A DNA stretch of 64,000 nucleotides from Neoechinorhynchus agilis. Lineage: Eukaryota; Animalia; Acanthocephala. The DNA is taken from assembly GCA_051530055.1 (NCBI GenBank), contig CM121341.1, positions 10,952,784 through 11,016,783 on the forward strand. Reading direction: 5' to 3'. The position numbers were made by a program, and so were the translations under genes. Within the stretch, counting starts at the first letter, position 1. The number at the start of each line of letters is the position of its first letter. Below the pieces are notes generated by a model that did no database searches, was not told the DNA's origin, and saw only the letters and a list, made by a program, of their open reading frames with translations. Shown here piece after piece: positions 1 to 12,839 of the stretch.

Positions 1-1003
1 GCGCAAAAATTTTGTTTTTTTGTCGATTTATTGGCATTTATCGGTAAAAGTTCAGACAAAAGCGTCAATGATGAAAGGTAAAAGGTTAGAGTAATGGACG
101 ATCACTATTCCCAATTTTTCTTGTAACCGGAATTGTGAAACATTTCTATAGATTTAACAAAAACCGTCATTTTATACGGTCTCCGTTGTCTTTAAGGTAA
201 ATAAGTGCTGAGGCTCACTTTATGACGGAACATCATCACTTTCGTCCATTTTGGTGCTATAAAATCTTCTCAAACTGAGACGTATACAAAAATCCTTGTT
301 TTTTGTTTTGAAGATCGATGCGCTCTACATATGCGCACGTATTTAGAGACGAAACCCATTGTTAGAAATGAAGTCGATCACTTTCGAAACTTTTTGGTCT
401 AGCACTTTTGACCTTCATGTTTACGGCAACGGTCGCCTTTCTGTTTCTCCTTAAAAAAAGAGAGAGGGAGAATAATACCGTTTAAATTCTGTACGAATAA
501 CTCGGGTTTGTTGCCATGGCAACTAATAGTTATCATCTGACTATTAGATAACTTCTAAATGGTGGCGGGAAAATGTGCTGGCTAAGAGAATTATGCATAG
601 ACACTTCGCGGGACGTCAACTCTCGCTTTAGTCGGGTCAGATCGTTGCCTACGACAATAGCGCAAGAGCACACAGAACTTGGATCTTTGTTTCACTCACT
701 GTGTCACGGTTTATTCTGCTTGAAAAGCAAATAGTTTTTTCTCCTTCTGTATCTGAGGTCATAAAGCGAGTCATTTTCGTTTGCCCAAGTGGAAATCTTA
801 GTTTCGTTTGATCGTTCTTTTGAAAGTGTTAGGACTCATTACCACGATGTCCGACTCTGAACTGCTTGACTTGTTGTTACGAGACTACCAGTTGGTCGTC
901 TTTTTCTTAACGAGAATATAAGCCGCGATAAAATTTCGCGATTTGTAATATCATGTTGCAGACGATGAACACTTTTATGTCAGGTTCAACGCTAAAGTTA
1001 TTT

Positions 1004-2685
1004 ATGGCCCTTAGACCTTCAGTGTTGTCTTGGATATTAGTGAGTATAAACGACGACCGAATCACCTTTGTTTTTCGCATAATACCTACTTTTTTTAGTA
1101 CCGATCAATGTCTTCAAAGCCGGATGTACGTTTTATTGAGCGTGCTCTCGTTTCTTCCTTCAACGGTTTCTTTGTTCGTTAACAGATTCTAAAGGAAAGG
1201 ATATCCGCGCAGATTCCCATTAGAGCTCAGGAAGTAGCCGAGTTTACAAAGTCACATGGGAATAAGGTCGTTGAGGAGGTTACGGTTGAGATGGTTTGTT
1301 CTCTTCGTGTTTTGAAAAGAAAGCCCCTTATTTAAACGCGGGCAAATTTATGTTCGTGGTGTAGGTTTATAAAGGTATGCGCGATATAAAATCATTGGTT
1401 ACGGAGACGTCCCATTTGGACGCGAATGAAGGAATTCGGTATAGAGGATACACTTTGACTGAACTCAGTACTCTTTTGCCGACCGCGCCAGGCGGATCAT
1501 CTCCGTTGGCCGAAGGCGTGTTTTGGCTTTTATTGACAAGTGAGATTCCTACTCATGATGAGGTTAGCAACTTTCTTTTCGATATACGTGCGCGAGGTTC
1601 TTTTTTAAAGTGTGTCATTATTTTAAGGTTGAATGGCTTCGAGCGGAATGGCAGCGACGATGTACGTTGCCCGATTACGTGCTCAAGATTGTTCACTCAT
1701 TTCCGAATGATCTACATCCGATGGCTCAATTTTCAGCCGCTGTCACGGCAATGCACCGTGACAGTGTTTTTGAGCTTGAATATCATAGAGGAATTAAACG
1801 GTCGTTGTATTGGCAACCTGTTTATGAAGACGCAATGAACCTTTTGGCTAGATTGCCTCGTTTGGCCTCTATGATCTATAACCATTCTTATGCCAACGAC
1901 CATGATCTCAGTAGTCAAATTGGTGACAATCTCGATTTTACTCGCCAATTCTGCGAATTGATCGATTTGAAGGACCATGGAGCTATCGAATTTATGCGTC
2001 TCTACTTTTTCGGCCATGCGTTCGTTTGATTTGGGCGAAGGGATTCTCTAATGTACACGAGTCTATAATTGCTCTTTTTAGGGACCATGAAGGTGGAAAT
2101 GTGAGCGCTCATACTTGCCACTTGGTCGGAAGTGCTCTTTCGGATCCTTATCTTTCATTTGGAGCAGCTCTAAATGGACTTGCGGGTCCATTGCATGGAA
2201 GAGCAAATCAAGAATGTATTGAGTTCATCAACAGTCTACTGTTAAAATGTCCTAATCCAAGCAAAGGCGACATTCAAGATTATCTGGAAAATACCCTAAA
2301 ATCGGGACGTGTTATTCCTGGATGTGGACACGCTGTTCTCCGCGTTACCGATCCGAGATTCACACTTCTCAAAGATTTCGGACTCAAGCACTTTCCCGAT
2401 GACGTACACCTCAAGACTGCTAGCGCTCTCTATGATCTGGCACCTTCACTCTTGGCCAAAGCTGGAAAAGCCAAGAATCCATGGCCAAATGTCGATGGCA
2501 TCTCAGGATCGCTTCTATGGCATTATGGATTCAATCATGTGAACTTTTATACCATGTTGTTTGGTATTAGTAGATGTCTCGGCACAATGGCATCTTTGAT
2601 ATGGGATAGAGCTCTACAAATGCCGCTAGAGAGACCAAAATCTCTTCCAACCCATATGTTCAAGGCACTTGTCGGTGCAAAATAA
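1004..2685 (+). CDS. CS: Mitochondrial citrate synthase, multi-exon
   Basis: GT-AG joining (e.g. introns 1040-1098 and from 1126) gives MALRPSVLSWILYRSMSSKPDILKERI...VYKGMRDIKSLVTETSHLDANEGIRYRG...HADHEGGNVSAH...GPLHG...GHAVLR...WPNVD...PLERPKS. Catalytic His/His/Asp motifs are present. Confidence 0.95.
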
Positions 2686-3326
2686 ACCATATTCGTAGTT
2701 GCATAATGATTTTCAATGAATGACTGCTTTTTTAGCGTATTTTTTCCGATTTGTCCTAATGAATGTCAGATAATCCAAAATACTATTGACACACAATTTG
2801 TTTCTTGAACTTAACAATCTGTATTGATTCGGGATTGAAATCTTTTTTAATTCTAATAAATTGTAGCAATCAAGATTAAGGCCAGAAAGTCCCGAATCAT
2901 CGGCGCCGAGGAAAAAGCTCTGACAATCAAATATAACGGTTAGGTCGTCGCAAAAAAAATCGACACTGACTAAATTGTTCAACACAATTTTTTCCTTCCA
3001 TGATTTTGATTTGAACGGTAATTGTAAATCTAATGCTATTTTCTATTTGAAAGTTGAAAATTGCAGCCGCTTCTTCAAAATTAAGACTCTAATTTAGTTT
3101 CTAAGGAAAAATCTCATTGTTTCTGACCGCAAATTTCTTCATTCGGAATTTGGATAAAGTGATCGTTGCTGCTAGCTCAGAATGCCCTAATACTTTTTAA
3201 TATTTATCGCTATTTAGATTTGTTGTTTCTTATGAACGACCTCATGATCACGACGAGACGCTTCGCTTATTGATGTCTTTCGTTGTTATTCCGGCACGAT
3301 ATTCGATTCGGCGAGCAAAAGCTCAG

Positions 3327-4094
3327 ATGGATATTCGCGCAATTTTAGAGGAGAAAAGAAGGGAACATAATTTAAAGCTTGTCGACACTCCCAAGAATTG
3401 GCAACTATTCTACAAACGCAATGGTACTCGCTTTTTTAAATCACGTTATTGGATACTGCGAGAAATCCCTGAATTAATCACATCTTTTGATCTGGGCGAT
3501 GGTCCATTTCACTACTTGGACGTCGGTTGTGGCGTTGGCGATCTTATTTTGCCTCTCTTAGAAGAACTACAACATTCTCTGAAAACAAAGAGGCCGATCG
3601 TCGGTCACGGTTGCGATTTTGCGCAAGAAGCAATCAGGTTGGCACGGGAGAGATCTAACGATGTAGTCGATTTCTGGGTATGCGACTTGACCAATGTCGA
3701 AGGAAATCCTTTGCGGGATCGTTTTAAACACGAAAAGGTGGATGCAGCCTCAATGGTCTTTGTTTTGTCTGCGATACGGCCAAACAAATTTGCGCGAGTG
3801 ATTAACAACGTTTCCGAGGTTATGAAACAAGGCGGGTTTTTGTTTATTCGAGACTACGCTTCACAGGATCATGCCATTAATCAATTTGGACCGGAACAAA
3901 AGGTTTGTGACCGAGGATTCGTGCGTTGCGACGGAACAAGGACTTACTTTTTTGAACCTCGTGAAATTATCGAACTGTTCTGTGAGCATTTTGAACCGGT
4001 AGATGTAAAAGTGGTCACTAGGAAGACGGAAAACAGGAAAGAACAGAAATCCCTTGATCGATTCTTCGTTCAGGGAAAGTTTCTAAAGAAATAA
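3327..4094 (+). CDS. METTL6: tRNA m3C methyltransferase, METTL6/METTL2 family, intronless
   Basis: KNWQLFYKRNGTRFFKSRYW, LDVGCGVG (SAM motif I), GCDFA, FVLSAI, FIRDY, VRCDGTRTYFF match the family. The ORF-track start at 3270 is TTG; the first plausible ATG is 3327. Confidence 0.85.
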   Translation: MDIRAILEEKRREHNLKLVDTPKNWQLFYKRNGTRFFKSRYWILREIPELITSFDLGDGPFHYLDVGCGVGDLILPLLEELQHSLKTKRPIVGHGCDFAQEAIRLARERSNDVVDFWVCDLTNVEGNPLRDRFKHEKVDAASMVFVLSAIRPNKFARVINNVSEVMKQGGFLFIRDYASQDHAINQFGPEQKVCDRGFVRCDGTRTYFFEPREIIELFCEHFEPVDVKVVTRKTENRKEQKSLDRFFVQGKFLKK

Positions 4095-4419
4095 ATGACT
4101 TGCGGTTTTAGGTTCAACTTTTATAGTCTTTTCTTTGTATTTTGCAATTTAAATATTCCTTCTTTTACTTAAAACGCAAATCCAGAACTTTGCGATTTGA
4201 ATACGGTTTTAGTTTGGTGTCTACTGGAGTTTTAGTCTTATTATCTTCAACAATGAATTCCATATACCTCTTTGAATTTGTGCCCAATTCAATTTTGATT
4301 TCAAACAATCGGGTTTTTTAAATACGATCTAAATTCTTGAGAAATTGGTTTTAATGTTTCATTGACCACTTAGAAAAAATATCGAGATTTCTAGAAGACT
4401 GATTCGACCTTTTAAAGAC

Positions 4420-7400
4420 GAAAATGCAGATCATTTTGCTATAATCTTTTGTACCTCCGCTCCTCAATGTGTGCGGTCGTCGTTTTAATGTCTGGCATAA
4501 GAGAGATCAACACATATTCACATTCACAAAATTGGTCTTGCGTAATATCTCTTCACACCGAAGATTTATTGTTCACCCGAACACCTCGGAAGCTATGCTT
4601 TCTTTAACTGATATACTTTTGCATGACTACGGCTATTCCATGCCCCATTTACTGAAAATGCAGATCATTTTGCTATAATCTTTTGTACCTCCGCTCCTCA
4701 ATGTGTGCGGTCGTCCTTTTAATGTTTGGCATAAGAGAGATCAACACATATTCACATTTACAAAATTGGTCTCGCGTAATATCTCTTCACACAGAAGATT
4801 TATTGTTCCCTCGAACACCTCAGGCTTCTTTCTTTAACTGATATACTTTTGCATGACTACGGCTATTCCATGCCCCATTTACTGAAAATGCAGATCATTT
4901 TGCTATAATCTTTTGTACCTCCGCTCCTCAATGTGTGCGGTCGTCCTTTTAATGTCTGGCATAAGAGAGATCAACACATATTCACATTTACAAAATTGGT
5001 CTCGCGTAATATCTCTTCACACAGAAGATTTATTGTTCACCCGAACACCTCGGAAGCTATGCTTTCTTTAACTAATATACTTTTCCATGACTACAGCTAT
5101 TCCATGCCCCATTTTCTGAAAATGCAGATCATTTTGCTATAATCTTTTGTCCCTCCGCTCCTCAAAGTGTGCGGTCGTCCTTTTAATATCTGGCATGAGA
5201 GAGATCAACACATATTCACATTTACAAAATTGGTCTCGCGTAATCTCTCTTCACATAGAAGATTTATTGTTCACCCGAACACCTCGAAAGCTATGCTTTC
5301 TTTAAATAATATAGTTTTGCATGACTACAGCTATTCCATCCCCCATTTACTGAAAATGCAGATCATTTTGCTATAATCTTTTGTTCCTCCGCTCCTCAAT
5401 GTGTGCGGTCGTCCTTTTAATGTCTGGCATAAGAGAGATCAACACATATTCACATTTACAAAATTGGTCTCGCGTAATCTCTCTTCATAAAATTTATTGT
5501 TCACCGAACACCTCGAAAGCTATGCTTTCTTTAAATAATATATTTTTGCATTACTACAGCTATTCCATGCCTTTACTGAAAATGCAGATCATTTTGCTAT
5601 AATCCTTTGTACCTCCGCACCTCAATGTGTGCGGTCGTCCTTTTAATGTCTGGCATAAGAGAGATCCACACATATTCACATTTACAAAATTGGTCTCGCG
5701 TAATCTCTCTGCACACAGAAGATTTATTGTTCACCCGAACACCTCGGAAGCTATGCTTTCTTTACTAATTTACTTTTGCATGACTACAGCTATTCCATGC
5801 CCCCTTTACTGAAAATTCAGATCATTTTGCTATAATCTTTTGTCCCTCCGCTCCTCAATGTGTGCGGTCGTCCTTTTAATCTCTGGCATTAGAGAGATCA
5901 ACACATATTCACATTTACAAAATTGGTCTTGCGTAATATCTCTTCACACAGAAGATTTATTGTTCACCCGAACACCTCGGAAGCTATGCTTTCTTTAACT
6001 AATATACTTTTGCATGACTACAGCTATTCCATGCCCCATTTACTGAAAATGCAGATCATTTTGCTATAATCTTTTGTCCCTCCGCTCCTCAATGTGTGCG
6101 GTCGTCCTTTTAATGTCTGGCATTAGAGAGATCAACACATATTCACATTTACAAAATTGGTCTAGCGAAATATCTCTTCACACAGAAGATTTATTGTTCC
6201 CCCGAGCACCTCGGAAGCTATGCTTTCTTTAACTAATATATTTTGCATGACTACAGCTATTCCATGCCCCATTTACTGAAAATGCAGATCATTTTGCTAT
6301 AATCTTTTGTCCCTCCGCTCCTCAATGTGTGCGGTCGTCCTTTTAATGTCTGGCATAAGAGAGATCATCACATATTTACATTTACAAAATTGGTCTCGCG
6401 TAATATCTCTTCTCAGAGAAGATTTATTGTTCACCCGAACACTTCGGATGCTATGCTTTCTTTAACTAATATACTTTTGCATGACTGCAGCTATTCCATG
6501 TCCCATTTACTGAAAATTCAGATCATTTTGCTATAATATTTTGTCCCTCCGTTCCTCAATGAGTGCGGTCGTCCTTTTAATGTTTTGCATAAGATAGATC
6601 AACGCATATTCACATTTACAAAATTGGTCTCGCGTAATCTCTCTTCACACAGAAGATTTATTATTCACCCGAAAACCTCGGAAGCTATTCTTTCTTTTAC
6701 TTATATACTTTTGCATGACTACAGCTATTCCATGCCCCATTTACTGAAAATGCAGATCATTTTGCTATAATCTATTGTCCCTCCGCTCCTCAATGTGTGC
6801 GGTCGTCCTTTTAATGTCTGGCATAAGAGAGATCAACACATATTCACATTTACAAAATTGGTCTCGCGTTATCTCTCTTCACACAGAAGATTTATTGTTC
6901 ACACGAACACCTCGGAAGCTATGCTTTCTTTAACTAATATTCTTTTGCATGACTACAGCTATTCCATGCCCCATTTACTGAAAATGCAGATCATTTTGCT
7001 ATAATCTTTTGTCCCTCCGCTCCTCAGTGTGTGCGGTCGTCCTTTTAATGTCTGGCATAAGAGAGATCAACACATATTCACATTTACAAAATTGGTCTCG
7101 CGTAATCCCTTTTCACACAGAAGATTTATTGTTCACCCGAACACCTCGGAAACTTTGCTTTCTTTAACTAATATATTTTGCATGACTACAGCTATTCCAT
7201 GCCCCATTTACTGAAAATGCAGATAATTTTGCTATAATCTTTATTCCCTCCGCTCCTCAATGTGTGCGGTCGTCCTTTTAATGTCTGGCATAAGAGAGAT
7301 CATCACATATTTACATTTACAAAATTGGTCTCGCGTAATATCTCTTCACACAGAAGATTTATTGTTCACCCGAACACCTCCGAAGCTATGCTTTCCTTAA

Positions 7401-8227
7401 CTAATATACTTTTGCATGACTACAGCTATTCCATGCCCCATTTACTGAAAATGCAGATCATTTTGCTATAATCTTTTGTCCCTCCGCTCCTCAATGTGTG
7501 CGGTCGTCCTTTTAATGTCTGGCATTAGAGAGATCAACACATATTCACATTTACAAAATTGGTCTCGCGTAATATCTCTTCACACAGAAGATTTATTGTT
7601 CACCCGAACACCTCGGAAGCTATGCTTTCTTTAACTAATATATTTTGCATGACTACAGCTATTCCATGCCCCATTTACTGAAAATGCAGATCATTTGGCT
7701 ATAATCTTTTGTCCCGCCGCTCCTCAATGTGTGCGGTCGTCCTTTTAATGTCTGGCATAAGAGAGATCAACACATATTCACATTTACAAAATTGGTCTCG
7801 CGTAATCTCTCTTCGCACAGAAGATTTATTGTTTACCCGAACACCTCGAAAGCTATGCTTTCTTTAAATAATATACTTTTGCATGACTACAGCTATTCCA
7901 TGCCCCATTTTCTGAAAATGCAGATCATTTCGATATAATCTTTTGTCCCTCCGCTCCTCAATGTGAACGGTCGTCCTTTTAATGTCTGGCATAAGAGAGA
8001 TCAACACATATTCACATTTACAAAATTGGTCTCGCGTAATCTCTCTTCACACAGAAGATTTATTGTTCCCCCGAGCACCTCGGAAGCTATGCTTTCTTTA
8101 ACTAATATATTTTGCATGACTACAGCTATTAGATGCCCCATTTACTGAAAATGCAGATCATTTTGCTATAATCTTTTGTCCCTCCGCTTCTCAATGTGTG
8201 CGGTCGTCCCTTTAATGTCTGGCATAA
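4420..8227. repeat. Satellite array 1, about 16 copies of a 233-234 bp unit
   Basis: GAAAATGCAGATCATTTTGCTATAATC...CTCAATGTGTGCGGTCGTCC recurs with about 234-bp periodicity (e.g. ORF-track starts 4933, 5167, 6327, 6795, 7029, 7262). Confidence 0.97.
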
Positions 8228-9409
8228 AGCAATAAACAAATAAAACACCCATTTTCCGTTCGATGATAAATCTGGAATAAACATGAGGGTGTTGGGAAAA
8301 GAAGCTTTCCATAATATTATGAACATGCGGTTAAACGGATCGACTTTTCGAGCCTCTGCAAACTTCTTCGCGACTCTGGAGAGGATAAAGATTTTGGAGC
8401 AACGGATCATTTTTCTGCGAAGATGTGTCTCCAGGCATGTTATCCCCGCTTTCGTTGACAGAATGGTCTATATGAGGGGCAAGCTGGTCAACAGGCGGTC
8501 GATTCGTGCTACGTTGGAGAAACTTAGAGAACAATGCCAAATGATGAGCTTGAGGAACTCTAGATTCATTGCATTTTCTCAAGCGGAATTTGTTCAAGTA
8601 TAGGGAGGAACTGCGCTCGTTGTGTTCAACAGGATGCTTGGAACGAATTATGGTGATGATCGATAGAAGCGTAATAAAAACTAAGCAAGTTACGAAGAGT
8701 CGTCTTAAAGCTAAGTTTGATCGACTCATAGAACGCTCAAACGTAGCTGAGGATTTTCAAAAACGTGACGCAAATATCGAAATTACAGTTGATAGCCACA
8801 GTCCAGTGCACGATAAATGCACCGAAACGAAGAAGGACGATTCCTCGGACCGTCTTGCCAATCAACATGCGTGGTATATAGGATGTTGTGCCTGCTATGC
8901 AAGGACGAAGGACGGACAACGTCCTACGTTGGCAAGACGGAAAGAGCATTACGTTCACGTGTGACGGAACATGTGCGTAATGCGCGCAATCCGACAGCTC
9001 CGTCATACCGGTCGACCCCATGGGCTACCCATTTCGCTACCTCTCACGTTGGTGCCAGCCCAGCCTTCGAGATTGAGGAGATGCACAAGGCATCCGATCC
9101 GGTGGATCTCTCGATTGCCGAAGCGCTATGCATTAATCGTGAGAAAGTAGTAGGATTGAGCGGGGTTACGAGCAGCAAGGACGGACACAACGAGGCAGAG
9201 GGGATGCTCAATAAGAGGGATGAGCTGACGGACAGCGTTGCCCTCCTCTGATTCCTTTTCAGACAACCGAAGAAAAGCTTCCTGACGAAGACGCAAGGCG
9301 TCGAAAATTTGAAGCAATAAACAAATAAAACACCCATTTCCGTTCGATAAGAAATGTGGAATAAAACATGAGGCTGTTGGGAAAAGAGGCTTTCCATAAT
9401 ATTATGAAC
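8227..9409 (+). mobile_element. Penelope-like element derivative: N-terminal domain plus GIY-YIG endonuclease, no RT, 98-bp direct terminal repeats
   Basis: N-terminal IFLRRCVSRHVIPAF and KSRLKAKFDRL are PLE-like. The EN reads SCQSTCVVYRMLCLLC...YVGKTERALRSRVTEH...AEAL...LNKRDEL. Repeats at 8227-8324 and 9312-9409. Two frame changes. Confidence 0.8.
9277..9315 (+). ncRNA. Minimal type-I hammerhead ribozyme motif
   Basis: GCTTC-CTGACGA-A-GACGC(AAG)GCGTC-GAA-AATT-T-GAAGC: 5-bp stem I, 5-bp stem II, palindromic helix III, followed by AATAAA. Confidence 0.8.
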
Positions 9410-11330
9410 CATTCTATCAAATTAATTGTACTAAAAACAGGAATGGCATTTTCCCAGGTATATTTTCGCTTTGTAAGGTGGGGGTCGTGTGTGGTAACAG
9501 AAAATAGAGTTTTGGTCGTGAAAATAAAAAAGACACTCTCGAATTTCGAACTTAGATTAAATTTAAGCTAATAATTGTAGTAACGAAATTATATACCAAT
9601 TTACTCGAGTTGCCTAAATGTAGAAAATACATAAGATATTGCCGCTTTTATCCTTTTTTTGTAATATATTCTTGAACCATTCTATCAAATTCATTGTGCT
9701 AAAAACAGGAATGGCATTTTCCCAGTTATATTTTTGCTTTCTAAGGTAGGGTCGTCTGTCGTAACAGAAAATAGAGTTTTGGTCGTTACCATAAAAAGGA
9801 CACTCTTGAATTTTGAACTTAGATTAAATTTAGGCTAATAATTGCAGTAACGAAATAATATACCAATATTCTCCAGTTGCCTACATGTAGATAAAACAAA
9901 AGGTACCGCCGCTTTTATCATTTTTTTGCAATATATTCTTGAACCATTCTATCAAATTAATTGTACTAGGAACAGGAATGGCATTTTCCCAGTTATATTT
10001 TTGCTTTCTAAGGTGGGGTCGTCTGTCGGAACAGAAAATAGAGTTTTGGTCGTGACCATAAAAAAGACAATCTTGAATTTCGAACTTAGATTAAATTCAA
10101 GCTAATAATTGTAGTAACGAAATAATATACCAATTTACTCCAGTTGCCTAAATGTAGATAAAACAAAAGGTTCTGCCGCTTTTATCCTTTTTTTGTAATA
10201 TGTTCTTGAACCATTCTATCAAATTAATTGTACTAGGAACAGGAATGGCATTTTCCCAGTTATATTTTTGCTTTCTAAGGTGGGGTCGTCTGTCGTAACA
10301 GAAAATAGAGTTTTGGTCGTGACCATAAAAAGGACACTCTTGAATTTTGAACTTAGATTAAATTTTAGCTAATAATTGCAGTAACGAAATAATATACCAA
10401 TTTACCCCAGTTGCCTACATGTAGATAAAACAAAGGGTTCTGCCGCTTTTATCCTTTTTTTGTAATATATTCTTGAACCATTCTATCAAATTAATTGTAC
10501 TAGGAACAGGAATGGCATTTTCCCAGTTATATTTTTGCTTTCTAAGGTGGGGTCGTGTGTTGTAACAGAAAATAGAGTTTTGGTCGTGACCATAAAAAGG
10601 ACAATCTTGAATTTTGAACTTAGATTAAATTTAAGCTAATAATTGTAGTAACGAAATAATATACCAATTTACTCGAGTTGCCTAAATGTAGAAAATACAT
10701 AAAATATTGTCGCTTTTATCTTTTTTTTGTAATATATTCTTGAACCATTCTATCAAATTAATTGTACTAGGAACAGGAATGGCATTTTCCCAGGTATATT
10801 TTTGCTTTCTAAGGTCGGGTCGTGTGTGGTAGCAGAAAATAGAGTTTTGGTCGTGACCATAAAAAGGACACGCTTGAATTTTGAACTTAGATTAAATTCA
10901 AGCTATTAATTGCAGTAACGAAATAATATACCAATTTACTCCAGTTGCCTAAATGTAGATAGAACAAAAGGTACTGCCGCTTTTATTATTTTTTTGTAAT
11001 ATATTCTTGAACCATTCTATCAAATTAATTGTACTAGGAACAGGAATGGCATTTTCCTAGGTATATTTTTGCTTTCTAAGGTGGAGTCGTGTGTGGTAAC
11101 AGAAAATAGAGATTTGGTCGCTACCATAAAAAGGACACTCTTGAATTTTGAACTTAGATTAAATTTAAGGTAATAATTGTAGTAACGAAATAATATACCA
11201 ATTTACTCGAGTTGCCTAAATGTAGAAAATACATAAGATATTGCCGCTTTTATCCTTTTTTGTAATATGTTCTTGAACCATACTATCAAATTAATTGTAC
11301 TAGGAACAGGAATGGCATTTTCCAGGCATA
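9406..11330. repeat. Satellite array 2, about 7 copies of a 267-bp unit
   Basis: GAACCAT(T/A)CTATCAAATT at 9406, 9674, 9941, 10208, 10475, 10742, 11009, 11275. Confidence 0.97.
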
Positions 11331-12199
11331 TATATATTTCGCTTCTGTTGTTAGGTCGGGGGTCGATACCAAAAATCAAGTTTTGCTCGTTACGACAAAA
11401 AAGTCTAAAAATACTACTTTAGAGACTAAATTTTTAATTTTTCAGAATGTTGAATTTATTAAATCTGAGGGGTAGCAAGCTCATCTATGATTGAAACTCC
11501 AAAACTGTTAGGAATGGAAATTTGTAGAAAAACGCAATGTTAAATTCGATCTATGTTTCTTAATTGCGGAAAATTTCAAATGCGGTACGCAAGTTATTTA
11601 AGAAATTTGCTTATATTTTGGTGCGTCGTATAGCGTGTTTTGCACCACCACCAGATTGAGAAATACTTGAGAATATTCGTCGGTGAGGATTGACGGTTAC
11701 AGCGGTCACCCGAGCCCAGTCTGTCGGTTTCCGAAGTTTACTAGTCTCCGTGTGTCTTACTTACAAACTCTAACTGAAGTTTTCAAAATGCTTAGAGTTG
11801 ATCCGTAACTTTCCCTCGACGTCATATCCAACCCTGATCTTTCAAATGACATCCGCGAGTCCCTTACCTCGGAATTTTGGGTCTCCAATTTCAATCAATT
11901 CTGAAATAGGACTCGCACTTTACATTTTCCCTTCTCCTCAAACGCCTCCGCCATTTAAGAGTCCCTTCGCCCGATTTCTCCAAATTTTGCTTCAGCATTA
12001 TTTTATCCTCCCTCACCTACGGTTATCCCATCTTTTGCAATCTTTCCAAATCACGATTCCGTCGCCTTGAAACGTTTCATAGAAGATCACCTAAAATTTG
12101 CACGATTGATTTCCCCCCACCGAATGCATTTAAAAGATTTTCAACAAACAACCAAAACGCCTCTCAACCCTATCACCACAATTTCTTCCACATATCGCC

Positions 12200-12515
12200 C
12201 CTTTTCACACGAGCATAACACTCGTAATCCCAATTCGTTTCATCCTCCCTCGACCTCGCACCTCCCTATACCTACGCTCCTTTTTCCATTCTGCCCAATC
12301 TTCTCGGATGTCATTACCCGAAATTAAGGGAAGATTGACCCAACCTTACAAACTCTCTTACACCGATAACCACCAACATTCCCACCTGACCGGACTCTTT
12401 ATCCACTCCAAAATAAACAGCCACATTCATTTAACGTATCATTTGGTTGGAATTTTTAAGAGGACACAGAAGTTAATGGCTGGTCTATTTTAAAAACATA
12501 AAACGTGTTATTATT
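12200..12515 (+). mobile_element. Decayed 3' end of a LINE-like repeat family
   Basis: Similar to 56570-56875 (AATCCCAATTC, CCAT.CTGCC, AAACTCTC..TAACCACCAA). Ends in a GAGGAC..GGTC hairpin and AAACGTGTTATTATT. Confidence 0.4.
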
Positions 12516-12839
12516 CCGCTGATTCTGGATCACTGTTGAGGACTTTCACCAGGGTCCTTTAACCCCTTCTAATGTTAATCATTCCTAAAATATGCGTCCA
12601 GAAACCACAGCGGCGAAGGATCCTCGAAGTCCCAGGCGGCATATTTCTGCTAGGTATTCCTCTAGTTCAGTGTTTTCCAATACGGGGAGGCGCGGTTATA
12701 TATTTGACATCTGAGATCGTCAAAGTATTCCTTTAAAAAGATTCTAGATTGCAAGCAGGAAAAGAATCAAAAAATACCAAACGTTTACCGTTTTATTTTC
12801 ACGGATCTCGTGTTTATTATTCGGAGAAATTCTAATTGA

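Noticed and set aside
953-1192. 79-aa ORF as a separate gene
   Set aside because: It is citrate synthase exons 1-2 read through their introns.
4469-8148. Repeated 61-73 aa ORFs in satellite 1
   Set aside because: Most start at GTG, and indels break the frame in several units with no sign of frame conservation. They are a by-product of a 234-bp unit.
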